From assembly GCA_035316085.1 (NCBI GenBank), contig DATFXI010000294.1, positions 1 to 62,124 on the forward strand: a DNA stretch of 62,124 nt, read 5' to 3'. The DNA comes from Candidatus Angelobacter sp. (GTDB taxonomy: Bacteria > Acidobacteriota > Terriglobia > Terriglobales > Acidobacteriaceae). The position numbers were made by a program, and so were the translations under genes. A model generated the notes under the pieces. It worked only from the letters and a program-made list of their open reading frames with translations. It was not told where the DNA came from and made no database searches. This document shows, one piece after another, positions 6,814-14,166 of the stretch; within the stretch, counting starts at the first letter, position 1, and each line of letters begins with the position of its first letter.

Positions 6814-7892
6814 TATTTCCTATGCCTCTCGCGGAAGTGGAACGCGTAGCGGCCGATCTGGATCAGGTCACCACTCTGCAAAGCGCGGCTCCGCACAGGC
6901 TGTCCGGAAACATAGATTTGTGCCTGGGCATGAAGAAACGTCTGAGCTCCGCGCAGCTCGATGCGCGCATGCTGCTGCTGGATCGACGGATCTTTAAACA
7001 GATAGATATCGCACTGCTGGCTGCTGCCGATGGCAGTGATCGGCTTGTACAGAATGAATTGCTTGCCGGCCAGCGGGCCGGAAGCGACGTACAGCCAGCG
7101 GTCTTTGAGAGCGCTCTCGACGATCCCCATCGCCACGCCGGTGGCCATTCCCAGCAAACCGAAACCGACCGCGCGACTGGGCGCGCCGGAATGTGTGGCC
7201 ATGGCAATGGGATCAAAGACCATGCCGCCCAGTCCCGATCCGATGATACCGCCTAATATCCCGTAGCGCACCTTTTTGCCCGAGCGGTCGACGATTCCAT
7301 AGACAATGCCCCCGGCCACTCCGAAGACCATCCAAGCCAGGCCGCGCGCAACCCAAGCTGCCGGGTTGTGGTGCGTGCGTACGCCCAGCTCGTAGCAAAT
7401 CCCCAGGCCGATGGTGTAGAAAATTTCGGCGATGAAGTCAAAGATCACCCCTAAAACCAGTCCCAGAAGAATGGACAGGAAGCCGTTCCAGAGGGCCTTG
7501 CGTATCGACCGCTCCACCAGGCTCTCCGCCGCTCCAAAGCCCAGACATATCAGCGCGATGATGAGCGGCATCATCGCGTGGTCGGCGATCCAGTTGGCCC
7601 ACCCCGTGGGAGGACCATCCACGAACCACGGCTCGCAGATTCCCCAGCCCAGCAGCGCTCCGATCAGCCCGGCTAAGCCCAGATAGAACCAGCCTTGCAA
7701 ATAAATCTTGGACTTGCCTTCATCCACCACCGGCGTATCCGCCGCCCCTGGCGTTGAGATGTTGCCATACTGCCGGGCGGCGCCTGGCGCTACCCCGGCG
7801 CCAGCAACCGCCACAGGTTCCTGACGCAGGTTTACCTTCTCCAAGTCTTCGAGCGTGATTTTCAGCGAAGGTTTATCGTCAGTGTTTGCCAT
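6813..7892 (-). CDS. Polytopic membrane protein with C-terminal FHA domain
   Basis: About 6 TM helices followed by GKQFILYKPITAIGSSQQCDIYLFKDPSIQQQHARIELRG...YVSGQPV....LQSGDLIQIG (FHA pattern). I prefer the ATG at 7892 (MANTDDK), which overlaps the JAB gene by 14 nt. Confidence 0.8.
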   Translation of the reverse strand: MANTDDKPSLKITLEDLEKVNLRQEPVAVAGAGVAPGAARQYGNISTPGAADTPVVDEGKSKIYLQGWFYLGLAGLIGALLGWGICEPWFVDGPPTGWANWIADHAMMPLIIALICLGFGAAESLVERSIRKALWNGFLSILLGLVLGVIFDFIAEIFYTIGLGICYELGVRTHHNPAAWVARGLAWMVFGVAGGIVYGIVDRSGKKVRYGILGGIIGSGLGGMVFDPIAMATHSGAPSRAVGFGLLGMATGVAMGIVESALKDRWLYVASGPLAGKQFILYKPITAIGSSQQCDIYLFKDPSIQQQHARIELRGAQTFLHAQAQIYVSGQPVRSRALQSGDLIQIGRYAFHFRERHRK

Positions 7893-8799
7893 TGGTTCCC
7901 TTCCCAGCGCCGGCCGGAGCTTTCTGTTGTGGTTGCGATGGTTGCTGCGGGCCCTGGGCCCCGGGTGTTCCGGCGCCGGACGGACCAAGTTGTGAGGGGA
8001 ACATGCGCTGAACCCGCGCCTCGCACGAGCGAAGCTCCGGCTCGCACTGCCGGACGACGCCCTGTAACGCGTTAATTTGCGGCTCCAACTCCAGGAACAG
8101 GTCCTGATAGGCGCGGATCTTCGGCTCGGTTTGCCGCGCGTGGATCAGATATCCCAGAACAAATCCCATGGCCATGACTGCAAAATATCCGAGGATTCGG
8201 CTGGTCCAGGTCACCCACAGCGGCTCACCGGAAGCGTTGCCGTCTCCGACGTTGACCCGGGATTCGAGACCCTCTCCCCCGTCCTCGTCGTAATCGTCAA
8301 CCGCATGGGAAGCGGTCGCCTCCACGCTTTGCGAATACCCGGTGCGAATGCCGGAAAGCTTCTCGGTCTTGCCACCGACCCAGCCGAAGCATCCTTCTTC
8401 ATCGGTATGCGGATCGTAGACCCAGGCGATCTGCTGTGGGCTGGAAAAGAAATTCTCCTGGATAAAGAGATCGTGCTCGGAGAGAAATACCCCGAACCCG
8501 GGATGCGAATGGTACCAGCCAACGATCTTGTCGTCAGGAAACTGCTGGTCCTTGATCTTGTAAATGTGCTCCCAGGTGTCTTGAGTGAAGGTCACATGGG
8601 CGCCGCCTTGCGCCGCGTTGATGCCCGCGATGCAGGCCTCTATCACGGTGCGGTCATTGTCCAGCGTGCCGATGAGCACACCGCAGACTTCAGCCTTCAT
8701 CGAGGTGCGCGCGTGCTGGCGGATCTTGCGCGCCACTTCCGCTTCCATCACCACTACGGGCTGGCTTTTGATTTTCACCTTGATGTGTTGCGATGTCAT
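7879..8799 (-). CDS. JAB/MPN+ (JAMM) metalloisopeptidase with C-terminal TM helix and Pro/Gln-rich tail
   Basis: The JAMM motif is intact: EVCGVLIG ... GWYHSHPGFGVFLSEHD (E, HxH, S, D). The TM segment is ILGYFAVMAMGFVLGYLIHA. The start at 8799 (MTSQHIKV) forms ATGA with the E1 stop, and the long N-terminal extension in the ORF track lies inside the E1 gene. Confidence 0.85.
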   Translation of the reverse strand: MTSQHIKVKIKSQPVVVMEAEVARKIRQHARTSMKAEVCGVLIGTLDNDRTVIEACIAGINAAQGGAHVTFTQDTWEHIYKIKDQQFPDDKIVGWYHSHPGFGVFLSEHDLFIQENFFSSPQQIAWVYDPHTDEEGCFGWVGGKTEKLSGIRTGYSQSVEATASHAVDDYDEDGGEGLESRVNVGDGNASGEPLWVTWTSRILGYFAVMAMGFVLGYLIHARQTEPKIRAYQDLFLELEPQINALQGVVRQCEPELRSCEARVQRMFPSQLGPSGAGTPGAQGPQQPSQPQQKAPAGAGKGTNGKH

Positions 8800-10064
8800 T
8801 GTGACGCTCCCGACGCGCGACTGCCCTGCCTGGCTGCTGCCAGCGGCCCGAGCACGGCCGGCTCGTCGCCCGCGATCAGATATGCCACTTCCCGCTCCGC
8901 CGAGCGCGCCGTGAAAACATCGAAGAGCGGCAACCCCATTTCCGCCACGGTGCGCTTGCCGTACGATTCCGTCGGTTCCCTGCCGCTGTAGCCGTGGGCT
9001 GTGATCACAGCGCGGCGCTGGCCACACTTCGGACATTTTCCATGCGCGTAGGCCACAGCGCCTACTGCTGCAAACACTTCTTCCTCTGTGCCGCATCCGG
9101 CGCAAGCCAGCTTATGAATCACGTCGCGGCTGAACTCCAGTGTCGCGTCCTGCGAGCCCAGGTCGCGCCGCGCGCGCTCAAGCAGCTGGCGGAGTGTCAG
9201 CTCGCGCGAAGTTTCTCCCACCGAGACTACTTCCTCCAGCGTGTGATGGCTCATACAGGCGTCGTTCTCGGTGTATTCAACTTTGTACGAGGTGTGGTTC
9301 AGGCCTTCGAAAATGAATCCCTGGCCGGCCAGCACCGGCAGGCCGTGCAGCAGCTTCACCGCTTCCTGCACTTCGAGTCCGGCAATAATCGAAGAGATGG
9401 TGGGCGTGGTGGCCACCTTGCCCTCGCTCGAGGCTTCGAGCGCCAGCAAATTGCACGACATCCTCTTGTTCAGAATGGCCCAGTCCGTCTCACCCAGCGT
9501 GCATTCGTAACAAGGCGGGCGGCCGGGAAGAAACGCGCGGGCCACGCCGTTGATGCCTTCAATGGCGCCGTCAATCCACGGCCTGTTCATCTTCCAGCAG
9601 GCACGGTTGATCCACAGCCGGGCTTCGCGATTGTCCAAACCGGCCAGCACGACGTCAGCCCAGTGGAACAATCCCAGCCCCAGCCCGTGCACCACATCGC
9701 CCTGGATAGGCTGGACCTGGGCTTCAGGAAGAATGTTGCGCACGGCTTCGGCAGCGGCTTCCGCCTTGGACCGGCCTATGTCTTCGGCGCGATAGAGAAT
9801 GCTGCGCGAAAGGTTGGAGGCTTCGATTGCATCCAGGTCCACCACTGCGATGTGGGTGAAACCGAGCAGAGCCAGATTTTTGAGGATTTCATTTCCCAAC
9901 GCGCCGGCGCCGATCACCAGCACCCGTGCCGCGCGAATTTTTTCCTGGTCCCACCAGCCGATGAGACGAAAACGGCTGAAGCGGTCTTCTGCGGCAGACT
10001 TCGGGGTCCCCGGACCGGGCCGGTTTTGCCCGGGCTGGGGTGGGGGCGCTACCGGCTGGCTCAT
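8796..10064 (-). CDS. E1-like adenylyltransferase (ThiF/MoeB/UBA superfamily)
   Basis: Rossmann motif VLVIGAGALGNEILKNLALLG, then VVDLDAIEASNLSRSILY. Zn-type CxxC pairs (PPCYEC; CAGC...CPKC), a crossover-loop Cys (RMSCN), and a ~120-aa C-terminal extension. Its ATG overlaps the Ubl stop (ATGA). Confidence 0.9.
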   Translation of the reverse strand: MSQPVAPPPQPGQNRPGPGTPKSAAEDRFSRFRLIGWWDQEKIRAARVLVIGAGALGNEILKNLALLGFTHIAVVDLDAIEASNLSRSILYRAEDIGRSKAEAAAEAVRNILPEAQVQPIQGDVVHGLGLGLFHWADVVLAGLDNREARLWINRACWKMNRPWIDGAIEGINGVARAFLPGRPPCYECTLGETDWAILNKRMSCNLLALEASSEGKVATTPTISSIIAGLEVQEAVKLLHGLPVLAGQGFIFEGLNHTSYKVEYTENDACMSHHTLEEVVSVGETSRELTLRQLLERARRDLGSQDATLEFSRDVIHKLACAGCGTEEEVFAAVGAVAYAHGKCPKCGQRRAVITAHGYSGREPTESYGKRTVAEMGLPLFDVFTARSAEREVAYLIAGDEPAVLGPLAAARQGSRASGASQ

Positions 10065-10336
10065 CGCGCTCCTGCGGTGATCTCCGGCTGCAGGCGCAGG
10101 ATGTCACCATCTTTCACGGCGGCGTCGGCCAGGGTCTGCGCGTCCTGGATCTGGCGCCCAGAATTCTTGTGATGAAATTTATAGCTCAGCGGCGCACCGT
10201 CAGGGCCGTTGGGCGGGAGCTGAAGCTTTTCCACCAGCACAGCAATGATGCGGTTGGCGGGAGCATCATCAGGAAGCTCCACAGGCACGCGTTTGTTTTC
10301 CGTGGAATCGTACACAGTGACAGTGATGTTGGCCAT
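10061..10336 (-). CDS. Ubiquitin-like beta-grasp protein (Ubl), C-terminus ...ILRLQPEITAGAR
   Basis: 91 aa. The alternating hydrophobic pattern ITVTVYD...VPVELPDD....II..LVEKL.LP......LSYKF......QIQDAQTLADAAVKDGDILRL resembles ubiquitin/YukD-type beta-grasp domains. Its position immediately 5' of the E1, with translational coupling, supports the call. Confidence 0.7.
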   Translation of the reverse strand: MANITVTVYDSTENKRVPVELPDDAPANRIIAVLVEKLQLPPNGPDGAPLSYKFHHKNSGRQIQDAQTLADAAVKDGDILRLQPEITAGAR

Positions 10337-10350
10337 GGTTCGTAGAATCC

Positions 10351-11490
10351 CTATCGCGCCCCATTCTTGTTATCGTGGGTTGGTTTGTCCGGAGAAGAAT
10401 CTTCTTTCTTGGGGTCGCCGCGCACTTTGGCTTTGTGCACGAAGTCAGTGAATTCATTCTTGGCGGTTGCGGTGCCCACCAGCTCCCAGTCGCCCTCATG
10501 CAGCAGAGCATCGGTGCTCACGGCAAAATTCAGGTTCTCGGCTTCCGGTTCTGCCGAACGCGCGACCTTGGACGTGACCACACCTAGCAGGTTGCCGAGT
10601 TCGTCATACACTGGCCCGCCGCTGTTGCCTGGGCTCACCGGCGCTGAAACCTGGAGCACGTCATTGCCGGGCGTACGCGAAACAATTCCGTTGCTGATGC
10701 TGAAGTTCAAACCCTCAGGGTGTCCGATGACGTAAATCTTCTCGCCCGCCTGCACGCTCGCATATGTGGCAACTGGCTGACGGAAGACGCCGTCACCGAA
10801 CTTGCGTTCCAGCCATAGCAAGGCGACGTCGAAACGCTTGTGGCGGCCCAACACTGTGGCCGCGGCCCAGCCGTTCATGCCGTCGGAAACCATCACCTTT
10901 TGCGCGCCCTTCTTCGTGCGCCAGTCTTCACCGTCCGCCACGTGTCGCGCGGTGGCCAGCAGGTAACCGCGGGCGTCGGCTTGCAGAATCAACGCCGCGC
11001 CCAGCAGGCCGGAAGTGCTCTCTGTTTTCGAGAACCAGCGTTTGGCGGCAGGCGATGCCAACAGCACCAACGGCTTCAACGTTGCGCTCAACTCCACGCC
11101 CGACATGGTTTTTTCCGCCGGCAGGCTGGGAAACGCGCTGCGCTCGTCCAGGCCAGAGAGTGCAACGCCCACCGCGTCCGGCGCCGGCGCCCAGGAGAGC
11201 GAAATCGCCAGCAGCATGATGACGGTGGAGAAGAATCCGCTGCCAATCATCAACGCCAGCAGGTAAGACCACCAGGCTTGCATCGCGCGTGGCGTCTGGC
11301 TCCGCACTGTTACCCGTAAGATCAGTGCTACTAACGCCAGCAGCGGAAGCACCAGGACCAGCGGGAGCAGGGCCAATCTCGCCCACACAGGCACAGGGTT
11401 CGGCAGCCTTGGGCGCGACGGTTCCTGCACGCCAGGCACCGGGACCGGTGTCCGGTCAACTTCTTGAGTAGTAATGACGATACGTTCCAT
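10351..11490 (-). CDS. Membrane-anchored trypsin-like (S1/Trypsin_2) serine protease
   Basis: N-terminal TM helices are followed by catalytic triad candidates ATARHV (His), FDVALLW (Asp) and PGNSGGPVY (Ser). It is the first gene of the operon and ends 14 nt upstream of the Ubl start. Confidence 0.85.
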   Translation of the reverse strand: MERIVITTQEVDRTPVPVPGVQEPSRPRLPNPVPVWARLALLPLVLVLPLLALVALILRVTVRSQTPRAMQAWWSYLLALMIGSGFFSTVIMLLAISLSWAPAPDAVGVALSGLDERSAFPSLPAEKTMSGVELSATLKPLVLLASPAAKRWFSKTESTSGLLGAALILQADARGYLLATARHVADGEDWRTKKGAQKVMVSDGMNGWAAATVLGRHKRFDVALLWLERKFGDGVFRQPVATYASVQAGEKIYVIGHPEGLNFSISNGIVSRTPGNDVLQVSAPVSPGNSGGPVYDELGNLLGVVTSKVARSAEPEAENLNFAVSTDALLHEGDWELVGTATAKNEFTDFVHKAKVRGDPKKEDSSPDKPTHDNKNGAR

Positions 11491-11644
11491 GGAACTCGAG
11501 TCTCGACCTGGGGAGGAAATCTAGGGCAACAATCTTTGCTGCCGGGAAGTTAACAGTTTTATAACGTATTCTGCCTGAAATCAAGCGAAAGCCAGCCATG
11601 AATGCAGCCAAAAGTGCCTTGAACCCTGGCGATTAATGAGATAT

Positions 11645-12319
11645 TTACCGCCGGATGTGGCAATTCTCGGTGGTTGGATTGGCGGGCAGACGGAGGATCG
11701 TCGGGAACGCGATCACCGGCGCGGCAATCAGGTCTCCATAGCGCACCCACTGCTGCTGCAAGCCCGCCGCATTGCGCGCGAAAGGCCAGGTCTGCAGCTC
11801 CACGCTGAACGCCAGATTGCCTGGATACGCGGTCCCGGGGACGGTTTGCGCACGGTTGTTCCGTACCGGAATGCCGTACACCACGGTGAATTCGAACTTC
11901 TGGTTGTGCTTGAGGACAGCGAAAGTGTCGTCGTCGGGCGCGGGACCGAACGCCGTGCTGTCGGCCCGAAGACGGGCAGCGCGCACCGGCGTACCCAGTT
12001 CATAGCGGCCGGCCTGCACGTCGTCGTTGGTCTTACCCAGCAACACCCTCTGCACTTGTAACGCCCGCGCCAAGATGATCGGCGCGCGCCGGCCGTTGAC
12101 AATGGTCACGTCAATCGGGATATACACCACGTAGGCATCCGGCCCGAAGGCGCAGAATCGCGAAGGTTCCAGCGCAAGCGCTGTAACTTCCACGCCCTCC
12201 GTAGGGTCGGGGGTTGGAGTCGGTTTGGCTTGCGACAGTTGAACCACGGACCGGGAGGCGCTACCCGCGTTTGCGCCGATTGCCAACGCCGCTGCCGACA
12301 CCAGCGCCACGCTCATCAT
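11645..12319 (-). CDS. Secreted hypothetical protein
   Basis: Signal-like start MMSVALVSAAALAIGANA, chosen at 12319. The longer track ORF adds an Arg/Cys/His-rich, non-protein-like extension. No recognisable motifs. Confidence 0.55.
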   Translation of the reverse strand: MMSVALVSAAALAIGANAGSASRSVVQLSQAKPTPTPDPTEGVEVTALALEPSRFCAFGPDAYVVYIPIDVTIVNGRRAPIILARALQVQRVLLGKTNDDVQAGRYELGTPVRAARLRADSTAFGPAPDDDTFAVLKHNQKFEFTVVYGIPVRNNRAQTVPGTAYPGNLAFSVELQTWPFARNAAGLQQQWVRYGDLIAAPVIAFPTILRLPANPTTENCHIRR

Positions 12320-12658
12320 CAGAACGGTTTGATTCCCAAGCCTGGACAAATCCGATCCCTTAAAGACAATTTCAACTTTGCAAGTATGCCTGCGATGACG
12401 GTGTGCCAGCAAGCACCTACTTCGGTTCTTTTTGCGTAATTCGCGAAATGGACCCTCCTGGTGCGGGTGATCGCGACTAAGCAAGGGCGCGTGTAGGGGT
12501 TCGCCGTAACGGCAGGAGCGTATGGATGGCGAAGCACGATAGGGACAAACTGGTTTAAGAGTAAGAAATGCCCTCACTAGCCTCAGATTAGAGTTTGTTT
12601 AAAATTTTATTTTATGACAGAGAAAACTGCAGTTCTGGTTTAAAATACTACCTCCCCA

Positions 12659-13198
12659 ATGGATTCGAATTTAAGAACCGATAAGCTTTTGGACCAAATT
12701 GGCTGGAAATTGCTCCATGAGCTGCAAGTCAACGGGCGGCTCTCCTACGCGGAGCTGGGCCGCCGCGTGGGCCTGACTACGCCCGCGGTTGTGGAACGCG
12801 TAAAACGCATGGAAGAAGCCGGCATCATCATCGGCTATCACGCCGACGTGGATCCCATGAAGGTCGGGATGCCGATCACGGCGTTCATCCGCATGTCCGT
12901 GGTGGGTGACGTGTTTACCCGAATTACTACCGTGGTAAAGAATTCGCCGGAAGTGGTGGAATGTCATCGTGGCACTGGCGCCGACTCGTTCATCATGAAA
13001 GTCCACGTGCGCTCGGTGGAACATCTGGAATCGTTGATTGACAGGCTTACGCCGTTTGGTACCACTTCAACGTCAATTGTGCTGTCGTCACCGGTGGAGC
13101 GGCGGGAAATCCACCGGCCGGACGAGAGCACGCCCGCTTCTGCTTCCCCGGCGGCGCATGCCGCCGCTCACGCTGCGCACTCCGCGCAAAAGAAATAA
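12659..13198 (+). CDS. Lrp/AsnC-family transcriptional regulator
   Basis: [50 protein letters not shown], followed by a RAM/AsnC_trans_reg-like domain. Confidence 0.9.
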   Translation: MDSNLRTDKLLDQIGWKLLHELQVNGRLSYAELGRRVGLTTPAVVERVKRMEEAGIIIGYHADVDPMKVGMPITAFIRMSVVGDVFTRITTVVKNSPEVVECHRGTGADSFIMKVHVRSVEHLESLIDRLTPFGTTSTSIVLSSPVERREIHRPDESTPASASPAAHAAAHAAHSAQKK

Positions 13199-13206
13199 CC
13201 GGACTT

Positions 13207-13806
13207 CTAGCCCCGGGCGTAATCCGGATTGCGGGCCGCAGCTCGATGCTTGAGGTCTTCGGCCACTTGGTCGAGCCAGCGCAATTCGGATTTGAACTGC
13301 TCGATGACCAAGGTGAGCATCCAGACGGCTTCATGGTGGGCATGGCCGACTTCGCTCAAGACGTCGCGCAAGGTAGCCTCCTCACGTTCCAACTCAGCAG
13401 CAAGGAATCTTCGCCGGCGCTGAATTTGTTTCCTGACGACTCCCGGTCGCGCTTGCCAGGAAAGCGCAAGCCAGGTAAGAAACCGGGGACGCTCTCGCTG
13501 CGTGGTCCAGTCTTCGTGCTCGAGAGCATCAGCCAATGCCGCACGGCCGCCGGCGGTCACCGCAAGCACGCTTCGGTCAGGGCCGGCAGCAGGTACTGAA
13601 TCCTTCCTGATCCGGAGCAGCCCCAACCCTTCCAGTTTTTCCAGCGAATAGTAAACCTGCGGACGAGAGACTCCGGCCCAGTCGCGCACCTGCCGGCGCT
13701 CCAGCTCCAGGTTTGCCTGGTATCCGTGCATGGGCCGCTCCGCCAGCAGGCTGAGCAACACCAGATCGGGTATGGTGAGCGCGCGCTTGCTCTTATGCTT
13801 GACCAC
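13207..13806 (-). CDS. PadR-family transcriptional regulator
   Basis: Winged helix LVLLSLLAERPMHGYQANLELERRQVRDWAGVSRPQVYYSLEKLEGLGLL. I chose the GTG start at 13806. The long track ORF (to 14034) overlaps the better-supported 13793..14092 gene in another frame. Confidence 0.75.
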   Translation of the reverse strand: MVKHKSKRALTIPDLVLLSLLAERPMHGYQANLELERRQVRDWAGVSRPQVYYSLEKLEGLGLLRIRKDSVPAAGPDRSVLAVTAGGRAALADALEHEDWTTQRERPRFLTWLALSWQARPGVVRKQIQRRRRFLAAELEREEATLRDVLSEVGHAHHEAVWMLTLVIEQFKSELRWLDQVAEDLKHRAAARNPDYARG

Positions 13807-14092
13807 GGGTTTTCCGTTTGCGGCTCCAATACCACCATAGGCATTGCTCCGCCGGCAAGGTGGGATTGCGTGCCTGCGCGACCGCCGCGCGGAAGACGTC
13901 CAGCACGCAGATGTCTTGATGTCGTTCCGTAATGCGGCCCAGTCGCGTGTACATGCGCTCGGGACTCGAGCGGGCCAAACCATCCATGGTTGCGATCCCC
14001 AGCAGCTCAAAGTCGCGCAGGATCGCAGGCCCAACCGAGATCAGATCCTGCAACCGGCGTTCACCCGCCGGCACGAAATTTCCTCTTGACAT
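13793..14092 (-). CDS. Helix-hairpin-helix protein (Cdd1 / pathogenicity-locus-like)
   Basis: 99 aa. LQDLISVGPAILRDFELLGI...SPERMYTRL is typical of the small HhH Cdd1-like family. Confidence 0.65.
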   Translation of the reverse strand: MSRGNFVPAGERRLQDLISVGPAILRDFELLGIATMDGLARSSPERMYTRLGRITERHQDICVLDVFRAAVAQARNPTLPAEQCLWWYWSRKRKTRGQA

Positions 14093-14118
14093 AGGGCATA
14101 GCCTCGCTTATTTTTTTA

Positions 14119-14137
14119 CTAGTCTAATTTAGACTAG
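14119..14137. promoter_or_regulatory. Perfect palindrome CTAGTCTAA-T-TTAGACTAG; candidate PadR operator
   Basis: The 9-nt arms are exact reverse complements. It lies in the 74-nt divergent intergenic region between the HhH/PadR operon (start 14092) and the VOC gene (start 14167). Confidence 0.5.
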
Positions 14138-14166
14138 ATATAAACAATGTCAAGGAGAAATTCAAG

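Noticed and set aside
7879-9105. 408-aa version of the JAB ORF with a 102-residue N-terminal extension
   Set aside because: The extension is Arg/Gly-rich, lies wholly inside the E1 coding region in another frame, and precedes an ATG (8799) that forms an ATGA junction with the E1 stop. I used the 306-aa form.
8796-10336. Alternative reading of the Ubl/E1 pair as a MoaD/ThiS-MoeB/ThiF sulfur-carrier pair, as Pup-type tagging, or as a Bil/CBASS defence module
   Set aside because: No MoaE, ThiG, ThiH or cysteine desulfurase genes are nearby, and the small protein lacks the terminal GG of sulfur carriers. No Pup ligase or proteasome genes are present. No CD-NTase or effector genes are present. 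The operon also contains a RING-like finger and a canonical HPN-Cys E2, which those systems lack.
3570-11490. Ubiquitin-like operon as a recently acquired genomic island
   Set aside because: No integrase, transposase, flanking tRNA or direct repeats are present. By eye, base composition and codon style are indistinguishable from the neighbouring housekeeping genes.
11558-11584. Possible promoter of the ubiquitin-like operon (TTGATT-N15-TATAAA on the minus strand)
   Set aside because: The spacer is only 15 nt and Acidobacterial promoter rules are poorly known. The operon might also be co-transcribed with the upstream gene 11645..12319. The support is not strong enough to list it as a feature.
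13207-14034. 275-aa version of the PadR ORF
   Set aside because: The N-terminal ~75 residues overlap the better-supported HhH (Cdd1-like) gene at 13793..14092 in another frame and look non-protein-like. I adopted the GTG at 13806, which gives a normal PadR length.
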